From positions 13,702,001 through 13,766,000 of the forward strand of contig OX597818.1 in the NCBI GenBank assembly GCA_951406725.2: DNA of 64,000 bases. The letters run 5' to 3'. This stretch comes from Octopus vulgaris (Eukaryota). Under the pieces are notes generated by a model that was given only the letters and a program-made list of their open reading frames with translations, ran no database searches and was not told the DNA's origin. The position numbers and the translations under genes were made by a program. Of this stretch, positions 1-10,705 are shown piece by piece (position 1 is the stretch's first letter; every line of letters starts with the position of its first letter).

Positions 1-612
1 TGGGGTCGAGAATCTAAGCTTATCATATGCAACACATTTTCAGTTGTAGTTTTCGCAACTTGCAATCGATTTTCACCAATCTTATGGTGAGGCTTAATGT
101 TACCATAAGGAACTTAATTCTGACGTTAGTATTCCATGCAATACCTTACCATCAGAAAAAATCGATAAAATCATGCCACTTTGGGAAATCGCTTTCAAAT
201 TCAAGATGACATATTTTCGACAATATCTTTAACAAATTGGCAGGAATGTTTTTCTGAAATTCACAGCGAGCATCATGTCTGCTCCAAAGTGCTATATGGC
301 CCTTTTGATTCCAATAGGATACGTTATTACTGGAAAAAATCGGTTAATATGTGGCGCACATAGCAAACTGACTTTTCTGCGATATTTTAAGAACTGGGTT
401 GGGTGTGCTAAACAAAACCAGAAAATGCACTTTGACTGTCATAGATTTTCTCCATGCATGCAAGGAAACGGTACCTTGAATGCCTTAATGCCTTTTAGGC
501 TTCATTTTACAAAATAACGGTTCAATGAATACAAAAAAGGGATAAAATTAAAGGACATTGCTTATCGACAATGTTTCTTACGTACCCGGGTAACGCCGGG
601 CTATGCTGCTAG
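1..612 (+). mobile_element. Non-autonomous Helitron-like element, 3' part (cut by window edge)
   Basis: Ends in hairpin CCCGGGTAACGCCGGG then CTAG|T (609-613). Begins with TGGGGTCGAGAAT, shared with the copies at 41.6 and 53.2 kb. Confidence 0.65.
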
Positions 613-629
613 TGCTCTAGAAGAACATT

Positions 630-1768
630 TCTATATTAGACTGAAAGAGAAGGTGGAAATTAACAGCGAACAAAACTACAGGGCAATGAACAGGAAGTAT
701 GATATTGAAAGAAAGAACCTGGAAGTGGTAATGGAGGAACTGAGACAGCGACTTATTGCAAATAAAGCAAAGATGGTAAGATACGACCAAAGAAGATAGG
801 TCTACCAGGAGAATATGTTATTCAGAGTAGATCAGAAGAGATTCTATAAAGATATAAATGGAGAGTGTGCAGATGAAAAGTTGATACCAGATAACAATGA
901 AAGTCAAAGTTTTGTAGTAGCATCTGAAGCAACGACAAGGAGCACAAGAATGATGCTGAATGGTTGCAAGAACTGAAACAAACAGTAGTCTGTCCCAAAC
1001 AGGCAGAACTAGTCATTTCAGTTAGGGAAGTGAAGAAAATCAGCAAAAAATGGGCATCTGGAGGACCCGAGACCAGGCTGCGTGATGAAAAGATTTGAAG
1101 AATGTCATGCAGGAATAATTGCACAATTCAACAACTTGTTAAATGCTGACCAAGAAACACCAGACTGGTTGAAAGTAGGTAGGACAATGCTGTGATTAAA
1201 AAACAAAAACATCGAAAAAGTAATACGGTTGACAACTTCAGGCCGATGTCCTGCTTGCCGTTTATGTGGAAATTATTGACTGGAATAGTCACAGAGTCAA
1301 TGTACAGACATCTGGAAAAAATGGAGTCCTGCAACATGAGTAGAAGGGTTGCAAGCGTAAAATCAGAGATACCAAGGATCAATTCCTAGTAGACAAAACT
1401 GTACTTAGAGAGTGCAAGAGGAGGAAAAGTAACTTAGCTATGACATGGATCGATTATCGTAAGGCGTACGATATGATCCCACATCCTTGGATCATGGAGC
1501 CTATAAACCCATTTGGTATTGCATCGAATATTGAGCGAATGATTGATAAAAGTATGGCGAAGTGGAGAACGGAACTGATTGCATATGGAGAAGTTTAGTG
1601 ACAATAGAAATCGGGAGAGGTATCTTGCAATGGGACTACCTGTCCCCACTGATCTTTGTATTGTGCATGAAACCACTAACGCTGATTCTGAGGAATGCAA
1701 AGGCTGGGTATGTATTCAAGAGCCGCCAACAAAAAGTCAACCACTTGTTATTCATGGAAGACTTTTAA
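630..1768 (+). pseudogene. Decayed non-LTR reverse transcriptase, R4/Dong-like (RLE group)
   Basis: Frameshifted motifs [67 protein letters not shown] (RT QGD and xxDD regions). Several stops. Confidence 0.75.
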
Positions 1769-1769
1769 C

Positions 1770-2300
1770 TTTTTTGCCTAGAGCGAGCCCACAGCAATAT
1801 CATATCTTCTCCACTATGATTCCCTAAAACCTGAGAACTACCCAACCAATTTCATTCAAATTTTACACATGCCTTACTTAGGGTCCATGTAGTTTCATGG
1901 GCAAACAGAATGTTCAACTTCTTGCCTAGGCCGAGCCCATAACAATATAATATCTTCTCCACTATTTCCGTATTACGTGTTAAAGGTGAAACAAAAACAT
2001 TTCTCTATTTTATATAAGATACTTTCACTTTAACAATAAAAATTAGAGATAATAATAACAATTGAATTATATGTAGTAAGTAATAATTAAAATCAAACTA
2101 AAGTATAATATTATCGTAACATAACAAAAGTAAAAATAACAATTGGTATAAAATTGCATCAATGACTTGAACTTGAATAAGTGGTTTCACATGAAATAAA
2201 TTAAAAATAAAATTAGTGTGCATAAATGGGATAATCCAGATGGAGCTGTGCACATACCGTTTACCACGGCTTTTACATTTCATTATCTGCTAATTAGCTA
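1770..2300. repeat. Interspersed repeat fragment with internal 43-bp direct repeats (possibly Helitron-derived)
   Basis: TTGCCTAG..CGAGCCCA..CAATAT.ATATCTTCTCCACTA at 1774-1816 and 1922-1964. Truncates the RT relic. Confidence 0.35.
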
Positions 2301-2599
2301 GCATTAAGTATCTATATGAAGTTTTGCTGTACGTAATGTCTGTATTCTCGAGAAGCCGTTTCTACTGAGTACTGCTGTTGGTTTATTTCTAATACATAAA
2401 GGACTAGAGCTTCAACTGCGTCCTGCTTTTGATTCACCGTAAGGTTTGTTGTTATTATTATTACTGTTTATCTATTGTTATCACGTTTGTTGGTTCCTCG
2501 TAAGGGAAACGTTGTTGTGTTGCATTTTTTAAATAATTTTAAAATATAGCCCTCCCCTTTGGGAGAAGGAGCTTTGGTTATTGTTTAAAAATTGAATAG

Positions 2600-3200
2600 T
2601 GTCCCTGTTTGGGGAAATTGACAACATTTGCACCGTTTATACGTAAGCATTTGTGTTAGAATGCCTTCGATAGAAGAAAGTCCAAAAATGAATTTCGCTG
2701 CAGCCGTCGGCGGGCGCGAACTCATTAAGGTTAAAATGGAAGAAACACAAACCTATTTCGGATTGATCACTGACAAAGACGGTGAATCTAGGATAACACC
2801 ACCAAGCGAAATAAAGAAATTAAATTAGAGAAAAGACTATTGTCTATAAAGTATACAATGTAGAGAAAAAAAAGATTTGAACACCTGGAGGAAAGCACTG
2901 CCTGTTTGGGGCAGTCTTGGTGCGACTATGAAAGATATCTAACCAGAGGCTGTAAATTCGCCAGAATAGAAGCAAGGGAGTACTCTACTCGAACCTTGCA
3001 AAGTGGAAATATTTTATTTTTACCTCTATATCTGGGACGTAGCACGTCCCGGAAAAAATTTAAAGTGTCGCCCCAGAAGTAGAGGTTGGCTGGATTGTAG
3101 CTACACAAGAGGGAGGACAAGATACAATTGATCGAAATTGCAAGAGACGGGCCTATAACTGCAGTCTGTTATATATTTTGAGTATTGTTATCAGGAGCGA
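2600..3200 (+). pseudogene. Possible decayed LINE ORF1-like fragment
   Basis: Purine-rich, disrupted coding-like stretch (MNFAAAVGG...EKTIVYKVY). Weak family recognition. Confidence 0.3.
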
Positions 3201-3307
3201 TATCAAGATATAACTTTGTATTTTATATTTTATGTGTAGATGTATATATATATATATAGATGTACATGTAATATGTACACATATATATATACACATACAT
3301 ACATGCG

Positions 3308-3346
3308 CTAGCACTATGACCCGGCAACGATGGGTCATAATGCTAG
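3308..3346. repeat. 39-bp palindrome with CTAG at both ends (Helitron-terminus-like hairpin)
   Basis: CTAGCACTATGACCC-GGCAACGAT-GGGTCATAATGCTAG; arms complementary with one mismatch. Confidence 0.55.
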
Positions 3347-3616
3347 ATATATATAAAATACATATTCCTATAGAAGCATGCAGGATTTCTTAACTGCACA
3401 GCTTTGTATGCTTAGCACATATTCATGAAGGCAGATGATTCACAGGAAAAGCACGCGTATAAGTTACAACTCCTTGAACCACGTTTGGCATGAAATCCCA
3501 TAGCTATATATATGTACATACTCAAACATGAACAAGACGCATGTGGCGGGTATATGTGTGTGTTTGTGTATGTGTTTGTGCGTGTTCATGTGTATATATA
3601 TATATGTGTGTATGCG

Positions 3617-3648
<32 letters not shown>

Positions 3649-3678
3649 TGTTCGTGTTTGTTTGTATATATATATATC

Positions 3679-3710
3679 TATGTGTGTGTGTGCGTACGTA
3701 TATATATATA
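3679..3710 (+). repeat. Left target-site duplication of the 360-bp array
   Basis: TA(TG)6CGTACGTA(TA)5 lies immediately left of the array and is repeated at 5705-5736. Confidence 0.75.
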
Positions 3711-3879
3711 ACATAAGGGACTAAAGCCATCTGAATATGGCTAGGGACAGGGCAGGGGGGTGGGGGTGTTACTGTTGCATTTAGCCCCAGGCGAACATCG
3801 ACGTCACCAGAAAGGCTAGACACCGTCACGGTGTCCTTATCCTGCAAAGGGAGGTAATTCCCCGATGAAGCGGAAACCA

Positions 3880-3925
3880 CACACGGACCATGGTTTCAAG
3901 GTGTATTGCCTATCGTCGGCGTGTG
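3880..3925 (-). ncRNA. Type I hammerhead ribozyme motif (variant core), unit 1
   Basis: Reverse complement reads CACACG-CCGACGA-TAGGCAATACACCTT-GAAA-CCATGG-TC-CGTGTG. Confidence 0.75.
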
Positions 3926-4237
3926 GTAGGCTTCCGCTTCCCCGACGAATCCTCACTCTGCAGGATATTCATATAGATTTTCAAGCGAAATACATTTGCT
4001 GATTTCGAAAATCTGTTCGAAAGCAATAATAATTCTCTAAAAGAGATATAGACAGTAACTGCTCGATAACATAAGGGACTAAAGCCATCTGAATATGGCT
4101 AGGGACAGGGCAGGGTGGTGGGGGTGTTACTGTTGCATTTAGCCCCAGGCGAACATCGACGTCACCAGAAAGGCTAGACACCGTCACGGTGTCCTTATCC
4201 TGCAAAGGGAGGTAATTCCCCGATGAAGCGGAAACCA

Positions 4238-4283
4238 CACACGGACCATGGTTTCAAGGTGTATTGCCTATCGTCGGCGTGTG
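4238..4283 (-). ncRNA. Type I hammerhead ribozyme motif (variant core), unit 2
   Basis: Identical motif to unit 1. Confidence 0.75.
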
Positions 4284-4597
4284 GTAGGCTTCCGCTTCCC
4301 CGACGAATCCTCACTCTGCAGGATATTCATATATAGATTTTCAAGCAAAATACATTTGCTGATTTCGAAAATCTGTTCGAAAGCAATAATAATTCTCTAA
4401 AAGAGATATAGACAGTAACTGCTCGATAACATAAGGGACTAAAGCCATCTGAATATGGCTAGGGACAGGGCAGGGTGGTGGGGGTGTTACTGTTGCATTT
4501 AGACCCAGGCGAACATCGACGTCACCAGAAAGGCTAGACACCGTCACGGTGTCCTTATCCTGCAAAGGGAGGTAATTCCCCGATGAAGCGGAAACCA

Positions 4598-4643
4598 CAC
4601 ACGGACCATGGTTTCAAGGTGTATTGCCTATCGTCGGCGTGTG
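4598..4643 (-). ncRNA. Type I hammerhead ribozyme motif (variant core), unit 3
   Basis: Identical motif. The next copy (4957-4976) is truncated at the inversion junction. Confidence 0.75.
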
Positions 4644-5100
4644 GTAGGCTTCCGCTTCCCCGACGAATCCTCACTCTGCAGGATATTCATATATAGATTT
4701 TCAAGCAAAATACATTTGCTGATTTCGAAAATCTGTTCGAAAGCAATAATAATTCTCTAAAAGAGATATAGACAGTAACTGCTCGATAACATAAGGACTA
4801 AAGCCATCTGAATATGGCTAGGGACAGGGCAGGGTGGTGGGGGTGTTACTGTTGCATTTAGCCCCAGGCGAACATCGACGTCACCAGAAAGGCTAGACAC
4901 CGTCACGGTGTCCTTATCCTGCAAAGGGAGGTAATTCCCCGATGAAGCGGAAACCACACACGGACCATGGTTTCAAATCTCTTTTAGAGAATTATTATTG
5001 CTTTCGAACAGATTTTCGAAATCAGCAAATGTATTTTGCTTGAAAATCTATATATGAATATCCTGCAGAGTGAGGATTCGTCGGGGAAGCGGAAGCCTAC

Positions 5101-5146
5101 CACACGCCGACGATAGGCAATACACCTTGAAACCATGGTCCGTGTG
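5101..5146 (+). ncRNA. Type I hammerhead ribozyme motif (variant core), right arm unit 1
   Basis: Stem I CACACG(5101-06)/CGTGTG(5141-46); core CCGACGA 5107-13; stem II AGG/CCT with loop CAATACA; GAAA 5129-32; palindromic stem III ACCATGGT; GUC triplet with predicted cut after 5140. Confidence 0.75.
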
Positions 5147-5460
5147 TGGTTTCCGCTTCATCGGGGAATTACCTCCCTTTGCAGGATAAGGACACCGTGA
5201 CGGTGTCTAGCCTTTCTGGTGACGTCGATGTTCGCCTGGGGCTAAATGCAACAGTAACACCCCCACCACCCTGCCCTGTCCCTAGCCATATTCAGATAGC
5301 TTTAGTCCCTTATGTTATCGAGCAGTTACTGTCTATATCTCTTTTAGAGAATTATTATTGCTTTCGAACAGATTTTCGAAATCAGCAAATGTATTTTGCT
5401 TGAAAATCTATATATGAATATCCTGCAGAGTGAGGATTCGTCGGGGAAGCGGAAGCCTAC

Positions 5461-5506
5461 CACACGCCGACGATAGGCAATACACCTTGAAACCATGGTC
5501 CGTGTG
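5461..5506 (+). ncRNA. Type I hammerhead ribozyme motif (variant core), right arm unit 2
   Basis: Identical motif 360 bp downstream; predicted cut after 5500. Confidence 0.75.
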
Positions 5507-5704
5507 TGGTTTCCGCTTCATCGGGGAATTACCTCCCTTTGCAGGATAAGGACACCGTGACGGTGTCTAGCCTTTCTGGTGACGTCGATGTTCGCCTGGG
5601 GCTAAATGCAACAGTAACACCCCCACCACCCTGCCCTGTCCCTAGCCATATTCAGATGGCTTTAGTCCCTTATGTTATCGAGCAGTTACTGTCTATATCT
5701 CTTT

Positions 5705-5736
5705 TATGTGTGTGTGTGCGTACGTATATATATATA
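5705..5736 (+). repeat. Right target-site duplication of the 360-bp array
   Basis: Same 32-mer as 3679-3710, immediately right of the array. Confidence 0.75.
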
Positions 5737-5859
5737 TATATCTATATATATATATATACGTATGTGTATGTTTGTGTATTTGAGTGCCTGTGCATTTATA
5801 TATGTTTATATGTCTATGTATGTGGGTATATATATGTATATATATAGAGGGCTATAGGT

Positions 5860-6120
5860 GTGAACGTACTTTGCTGCATAAGATAATGAAGTTCGCTATG
5901 GGGGACGCAAATACTTGCGAACAGCTAAGGCTAATGCAAGACAGACAACAATAATGATACACTTATAAGTTATAAGTTATCTTCCGTAGTTTGTGTATTT
6001 TCTTCGAAATCCCGTTCGGTCTCCTGCGACACATCCAAAATGTATTCTCATCCAAAATGGAGATGAGTACCATTTTCATGTGACACTCTTGAGTAATTGT
6101 GTTGCCTTTCATTATATGTA
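5860..6120 (-). mobile_element. RTE-clade LINE 3' relic
   Basis: Minus-strand fragments CVAGDRTGFRR and LSCSQVFASPIA resemble the RTE ORF C-terminus (A.DR..WR and the C..C.R.F.SRIGL zinc-finger region). Confidence 0.4.
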
Positions 6121-6487
6121 ACCATCGGCTACTTGTTAACCCACAAATAACAAACATATGTATCCACCATTACAAGTATTCATTCTCAGTGGTCGATACT
6201 AGTGTATGCATATGTGTGCACGTGTGCATGCGTGTGTGTTTGTATATTTGCGTGTCTATATATATGTGTGTGTGTGGTGTGAATTTTAGAGCGGGCTTGT
6301 ATGTGTGTCTGTATATGGGATATCGTAGATCATCAAATATGTATATGTCTGCGTTATTTCGATTATATTCCCTTGCGTGCGTGAGAGAGAGGTTGTCCAT
6401 TTGTGGTTTTCAGTGCGGTTTAGAAATAAGGAATATTTCAATTATTTTTTGTTAACGACTCCTCTACGCTTCCTCTGTATATACGTA

Positions 6488-6489
<2 letters not shown>

Positions 6490-6547
<58 letters not shown>

Positions 6548-6590
6548 CACAGGTATATTTATACACACACATATATATATATATAAACAA

Positions 6591-6634
<44 letters not shown>

Positions 6635-6644
6635 GTATATTTAT

Positions 6645-6675
<31 letters not shown>

Positions 6676-6790
6676 AACATATATATATATATTTGTTCCC
6701 AAGTTGATGCTATTCTTATCTCTGGATGTGTGTCTATTGTCTAATCTTATACACACACACACACATACACACACACACACACACACACAT

Positions 6791-6830
<40 letters not shown>
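6490..6830. repeat. Compound (CA)n/(TA)n microsatellite, representative of dozens across the window
   Basis: Direct inspection. Similar arrays at e.g. 7.5, 19.8, 31.2, 38.2, 43.8, 46.1, 51.4 and 60.1 kb; (GA)n at 61.85 kb. Confidence 0.95.
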
Positions 6831-6835
<5 letters not shown>

Positions 6836-7199
6836 TATGTTTACGCACTTTTATTTTATTGTAGTGTTGTTTTATTGTTTAGATTTGCCAAATAATGTTT
6901 GAAGAATAATATTTTCTCACACAAATCTCTATGGTATTTTTATAGAAATGTCTTGAAAAAGCGTTTTCTTTTGTTAAATATAAAGATAAGATTCACACAT
7001 TTAGATTTAGCGTAATATGTTTAAGGAAACTCTCTATATATTTCGAATATATTCTGGCTGTCTTTTTGCCAAAGTACGTACGCACACTAAATACACTCAC
7101 ACGCACGCACACACGGATGCACACACACGCACACACTCACAACCTGAATTACTCCTTCACTCACACATCCATGCTCAAACACACACATTGGTAGAGTTT

Positions 7200-7340
7200 T
7201 TCGACAAACCTCACTCGCATGGCTTGGGTTGGCCAGGGAATATAGAAGAAACCTATCCAACGTATCGTGAATTGGAACTGAAGCCGAAACCATTACGTTG
7301 AAAATCAAGGTTCTTAGTTGCACAGACGTAGACTCCTTGG
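7200..7340 (-). mobile_element. Decayed tRNA/CORE-type SINE 5' part
   Basis: Diverged match to the head of the SINEs at 58.3-58.4 kb and 60.5-60.6 kb (TATAGAAGAAAC...GGAACTGAAGCCGAAACCAT). Confidence 0.45.
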
Positions 7341-7551
7341 ATATTAGTAACCGAGTGTTTCCATCATGTGTAACGATTTTTTTTTACTAGAGAGAGCTTT
7401 TCTTATCAGTTGCATCCACAAAGGACGTTTTATTCTACATTTTCATATCTTCAGTGTTGGAAAAGAATAAAAATACTATTCGTATTAATTTCTTATATAC
7501 CTTCATATATACGGAGTAATCTGTTACTATTTACAAGTATATATGTATATA

Positions 7552-7585
<34 letters not shown>

Positions 7586-7588
7586 CAT

Positions 7589-7662
<74 letters not shown>

Positions 7663-7667
7663 TATCT

Positions 7668-8640
7668 TCTAGTAGCTGAGCTTCAAACTTTATACGTTAT
7701 TAACCCGGTGTTTCCCCAGGTTATTGAAACTAATGAAATTTCCGTATGCCTTTTAAATTAAACATGGATTATGCAGTTCTCAGCAGTAGTTAGCTGAGGT
7801 ACAAACTATTAATGTCAATAGCATGTTTTATCTGATGTTCTCACATTTAAAATTCTTAAAAGACCAGGTAGTTCTTTGCCTTTGCAATCACCTTCAATTG
7901 TCAGTACTTATTTGAAACAGGTTGAATCTGAAAATGCATAAGTTTGAGAAGAACTGGCCTGCGGGCGCTCCCCTCCTGTTCATAAGTACATTTGAGAAAA
8001 ATTCTATCAGATGATGTGAGTTAAACAAATGTTTAGAAATCAATCACAGCTTAATTATCTGGAGCTTCTAAATATACGATGTTTTGAGTGTGTCCTTTAA
8101 TTGGTGTATAAATGAAATGACATTGAAGGCTTCCAACTCGCGAACATCCTACATATAATCGCCCATGAGACTTGTTTATTGACATAGCGAAACTTCGTTT
8201 CACAAGGAACTGTAACCGTTTAAATTCAAAGGGGAAGTCATATGGGATTAACGAGATCCATGGAATGAAGACATCCTCACCCTTATAGTTCCCAGTCAAA
8301 ATTGCTGTTTCTAGGACATAGGGTCGCATCGCTTTCACCACCACTCTGGTGCCATTGCACAGACGAAGTGGATCCAGATTCCTGAGCAGCATGATTGGAA
8401 CCCCCTTTTTAAGTGAGGCAGCATCCCAGATGGCTGAAGAGAGTTTCAGGAACTCAGCTTGAAAAAATACAGCCTGGTCTTGATCAATGGTAGTGTCGAG
8501 GGATTTGAAAGACTATTCTTGTCCAGGCAACAGCTGAAAGAGGTCCCAGTTGATTTTGTTGAAAGCATTATTACGTGGAGCTAAGACGGCCCGATCAGAG
8601 AGCCATTGACTGTTGGTGAATTTTTTGGTGCAATGTTCGG
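7668..8640 (-). mobile_element. Helitron 3' fragment with degenerate Pif1-family helicase C-terminus
   Basis: ORF 8051-8392: MLLRNLDPLRLCNGTRVVVK...FKRLQFLVKRSFAMSINKSHG...LYVGCSRVGS (Pif1/RepHel C-terminal motifs). Subterminal hairpin (7702-7722) and CTAG end on the minus strand. Confidence 0.85.
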
Positions 8641-9879
8641 GAGTACATGCATTATGAGATCATTGACAGTTGGTACGATCTCACCACAGGCGTTCTGCCG
8701 CCCCCACAGTTTTGGGATGATGATAACTTTCAGGAAAAAAATGGATATTTTTTAAATGACATTTTCTATGAATATGTGTTATATTACGTAGATACCGAAT
8801 CTATAAACGTTTTAGGGAAAAAGTCTTTTAGAAGTGGGTGGGGAGAATTTTCGGAAAATTCACCGGTTTCCATTTCAATTCGTCTTAACTTTCAGGAAAT
8901 GGATATTTTTTAATGAAATTGTCTACAAATATACCTCTTACTATGTAGACCCCACGCATATAGGATTTGGGGGTAAAACAATTGGGGGTTATTTTTGCGA
9001 GCTGTTCACATCTGGGGCGGGGTCGGAACAAGTCGTCCATATTTGTTTCAGTTTCTCCATTTTGTGTGTTTGTGCATTCCTTAATATAACCTTTAAACCG
9101 CGTTGTAAAATTTCAGGAAGGAGATTCTAATGTTAAGGAAGGGGTGTATTAAAAGGTGTAAAAGTAGATTTTTTTTGCTTATTCAGAATCTCCGTTGGAG
9201 ACAGGGATGAAATCCATCGAAAAAAAAGCACAAAATGGTGACATGCTAATTGCCAGTGTCCTATGTATATTTCCTATATACATAGGAAATATACATAATA
9301 GATATAACACCTTCATACCCACAGTTTACACAGGTAGAGTATAATAGTTAGTGGACTGTTATGTAGATTTATGTAGATAGATGTATGTATGTGTGTGTGT
9401 GGGTGTGAGTGTGTGTATGCACATGTATATTTTTTTGTATGTAAGCATATGGATATGAAAATAAACAGATCAACATACAGACGGATAGGTAAATAGGTTA
9501 TAAGTACAGACAAGCACACATACGCAAATGGAGACTGACACAAATAATAATACACACACACTTTACTCCACACAAGGAAACATTTGGAGACACGGATCCA
9601 CACATATAGAGATGCACATCTATCCGTACATACAAACATGGTACATAGTTGTATAACACACAGACACACACACAGATATGCACACACAGACATGCACACA
9701 CAAGAAGACAGAGGCTCATAAATATAAAACCACACGCTCACACACACACACATGCGTAGGAAATACACAAACACGGATATACAAGCACGCGAATAAACAG
9801 GATCCATACATAAAGATGCACACACACACATATATAGTCCAAGAAAGTGAAGAGAGAAGGGGAAGTTCCCTGAAAAATA

Positions 9880-10672
9880 TCATTCACGTTTATTTGTACA
9901 TGCGGAAGTTGTCTGCATAATGGATTCCTCGGATGCTCACACCTTTTCAGAAGCAGGAACGAATGAATTGCACCTAGCCACTTTTGGCAATATGCCAAGA
10001 AAACAAGGAATATGTTTTTGCCAGACCTTATCACACTGGATGAAAAATGTGTCCGTTAATATGATCTTGAGACTAAAGTCCAGCCGCAGCAATGGAAGCA
10101 TAATAATTTACCATCTCCAATGAAGGCTTATATCCCTTAACATGTGATGCTCACAGTCTTTTGGGACCAACGTGGCGTACTGATGATGGATTTCCTAGCA
10201 AAGAACACCACAATTAACAGGGCATATTACGCTTCTCTGCTGCAGTAATTGCAGGACGCCATCAAGAGAGAGACGCATGGCATGCTGATCAAAGTAATCC
10301 ACCTCCTCCAAGACAACCACCCAGTTCACAATGCGCATGTTGCCTAGATGTATGTACACTCCGGCAGCTATGAAATTCTTCACATCCCTCTTGCTCTCCC
10401 GACCTCGCACCCTCTGAATTGCACCTCTTTCCAAACAAGAGGTCTCTTTTAAAGGGGAAGCACTGCTCAGATGATAATGAACTTCTTTACGAAGTAAAAT
10501 TTTGGCTCCAGTCGCAACCGACTGACTTTTATAAACGAGGCCTTCTCAGCTGCATCAAACGGTGGGAGAAGTGTGTCACCATAGGTGGTGGCTCTCTAGA
10601 GAAGGAATTACAATTTTACCAAGGTTCGTTTATCCTAGTTGGTCAGACGAAATCATTAATGAACACCCCTCG

Positions 10673-10674
<2 letters not shown>
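9880..10674 (+). mobile_element. Mariner transposon, 5'-truncated and degenerate
   Basis: MRKLSA.WIPRMLT, VMLTVFWDQRG, LLQDNHPVH, SPDLAPSELHLFP, CIKRWEKCV. 3' ITR-like end ...GAACACCCCTCG-TA. Confidence 0.85.

Positions 10675-10705
<31 letters not shown>

Larger units (their letters stand above)
3711..5706. mobile_element. Retrozyme-like tandem array of ~360-bp hammerhead-bearing units in two divergent arms
   Basis: About 3.5 units (3711-4976, ribozyme on - strand) and about 2 units (4977-5706, ribozyme on + strand). Period 358-360 bp with only a handful of differences between units. GC-richer than flanks and highly self-complementary. Confidence 0.85.

Noticed and set aside
4219-4255. Opposite-strand hammerhead-like string CCGATGA-AGCG-GAAA-CCA...TGGTT in the unit
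   Set aside because: No stem I and no credible stem II, so an ambisense ribozyme pair is not supported.
5230-5300. HDV-like (CCTGGGGCTAA) or twister-like (TAACAC...GTCCCTAGCC) motifs in the unit
   Set aside because: I could not build the required pseudoknot pairings by eye.
5146-5403. 85-aa ORF repeated in each 360-bp unit (MVSASSGNYLPLQ...)
   Set aside because: GTG start, no recognisable domain, frameshifted in one unit, and the frame has stops, so it gives no endless rolling-circle ORF. RNA structure explains the sequence better.
3711-5706. CRISPR array or ordinary satellite interpretation
   Set aside because: No unique spacers or cas genes, and the context is eukaryotic. The TSD, inversion and per-unit hammerhead argue against a simple satellite.
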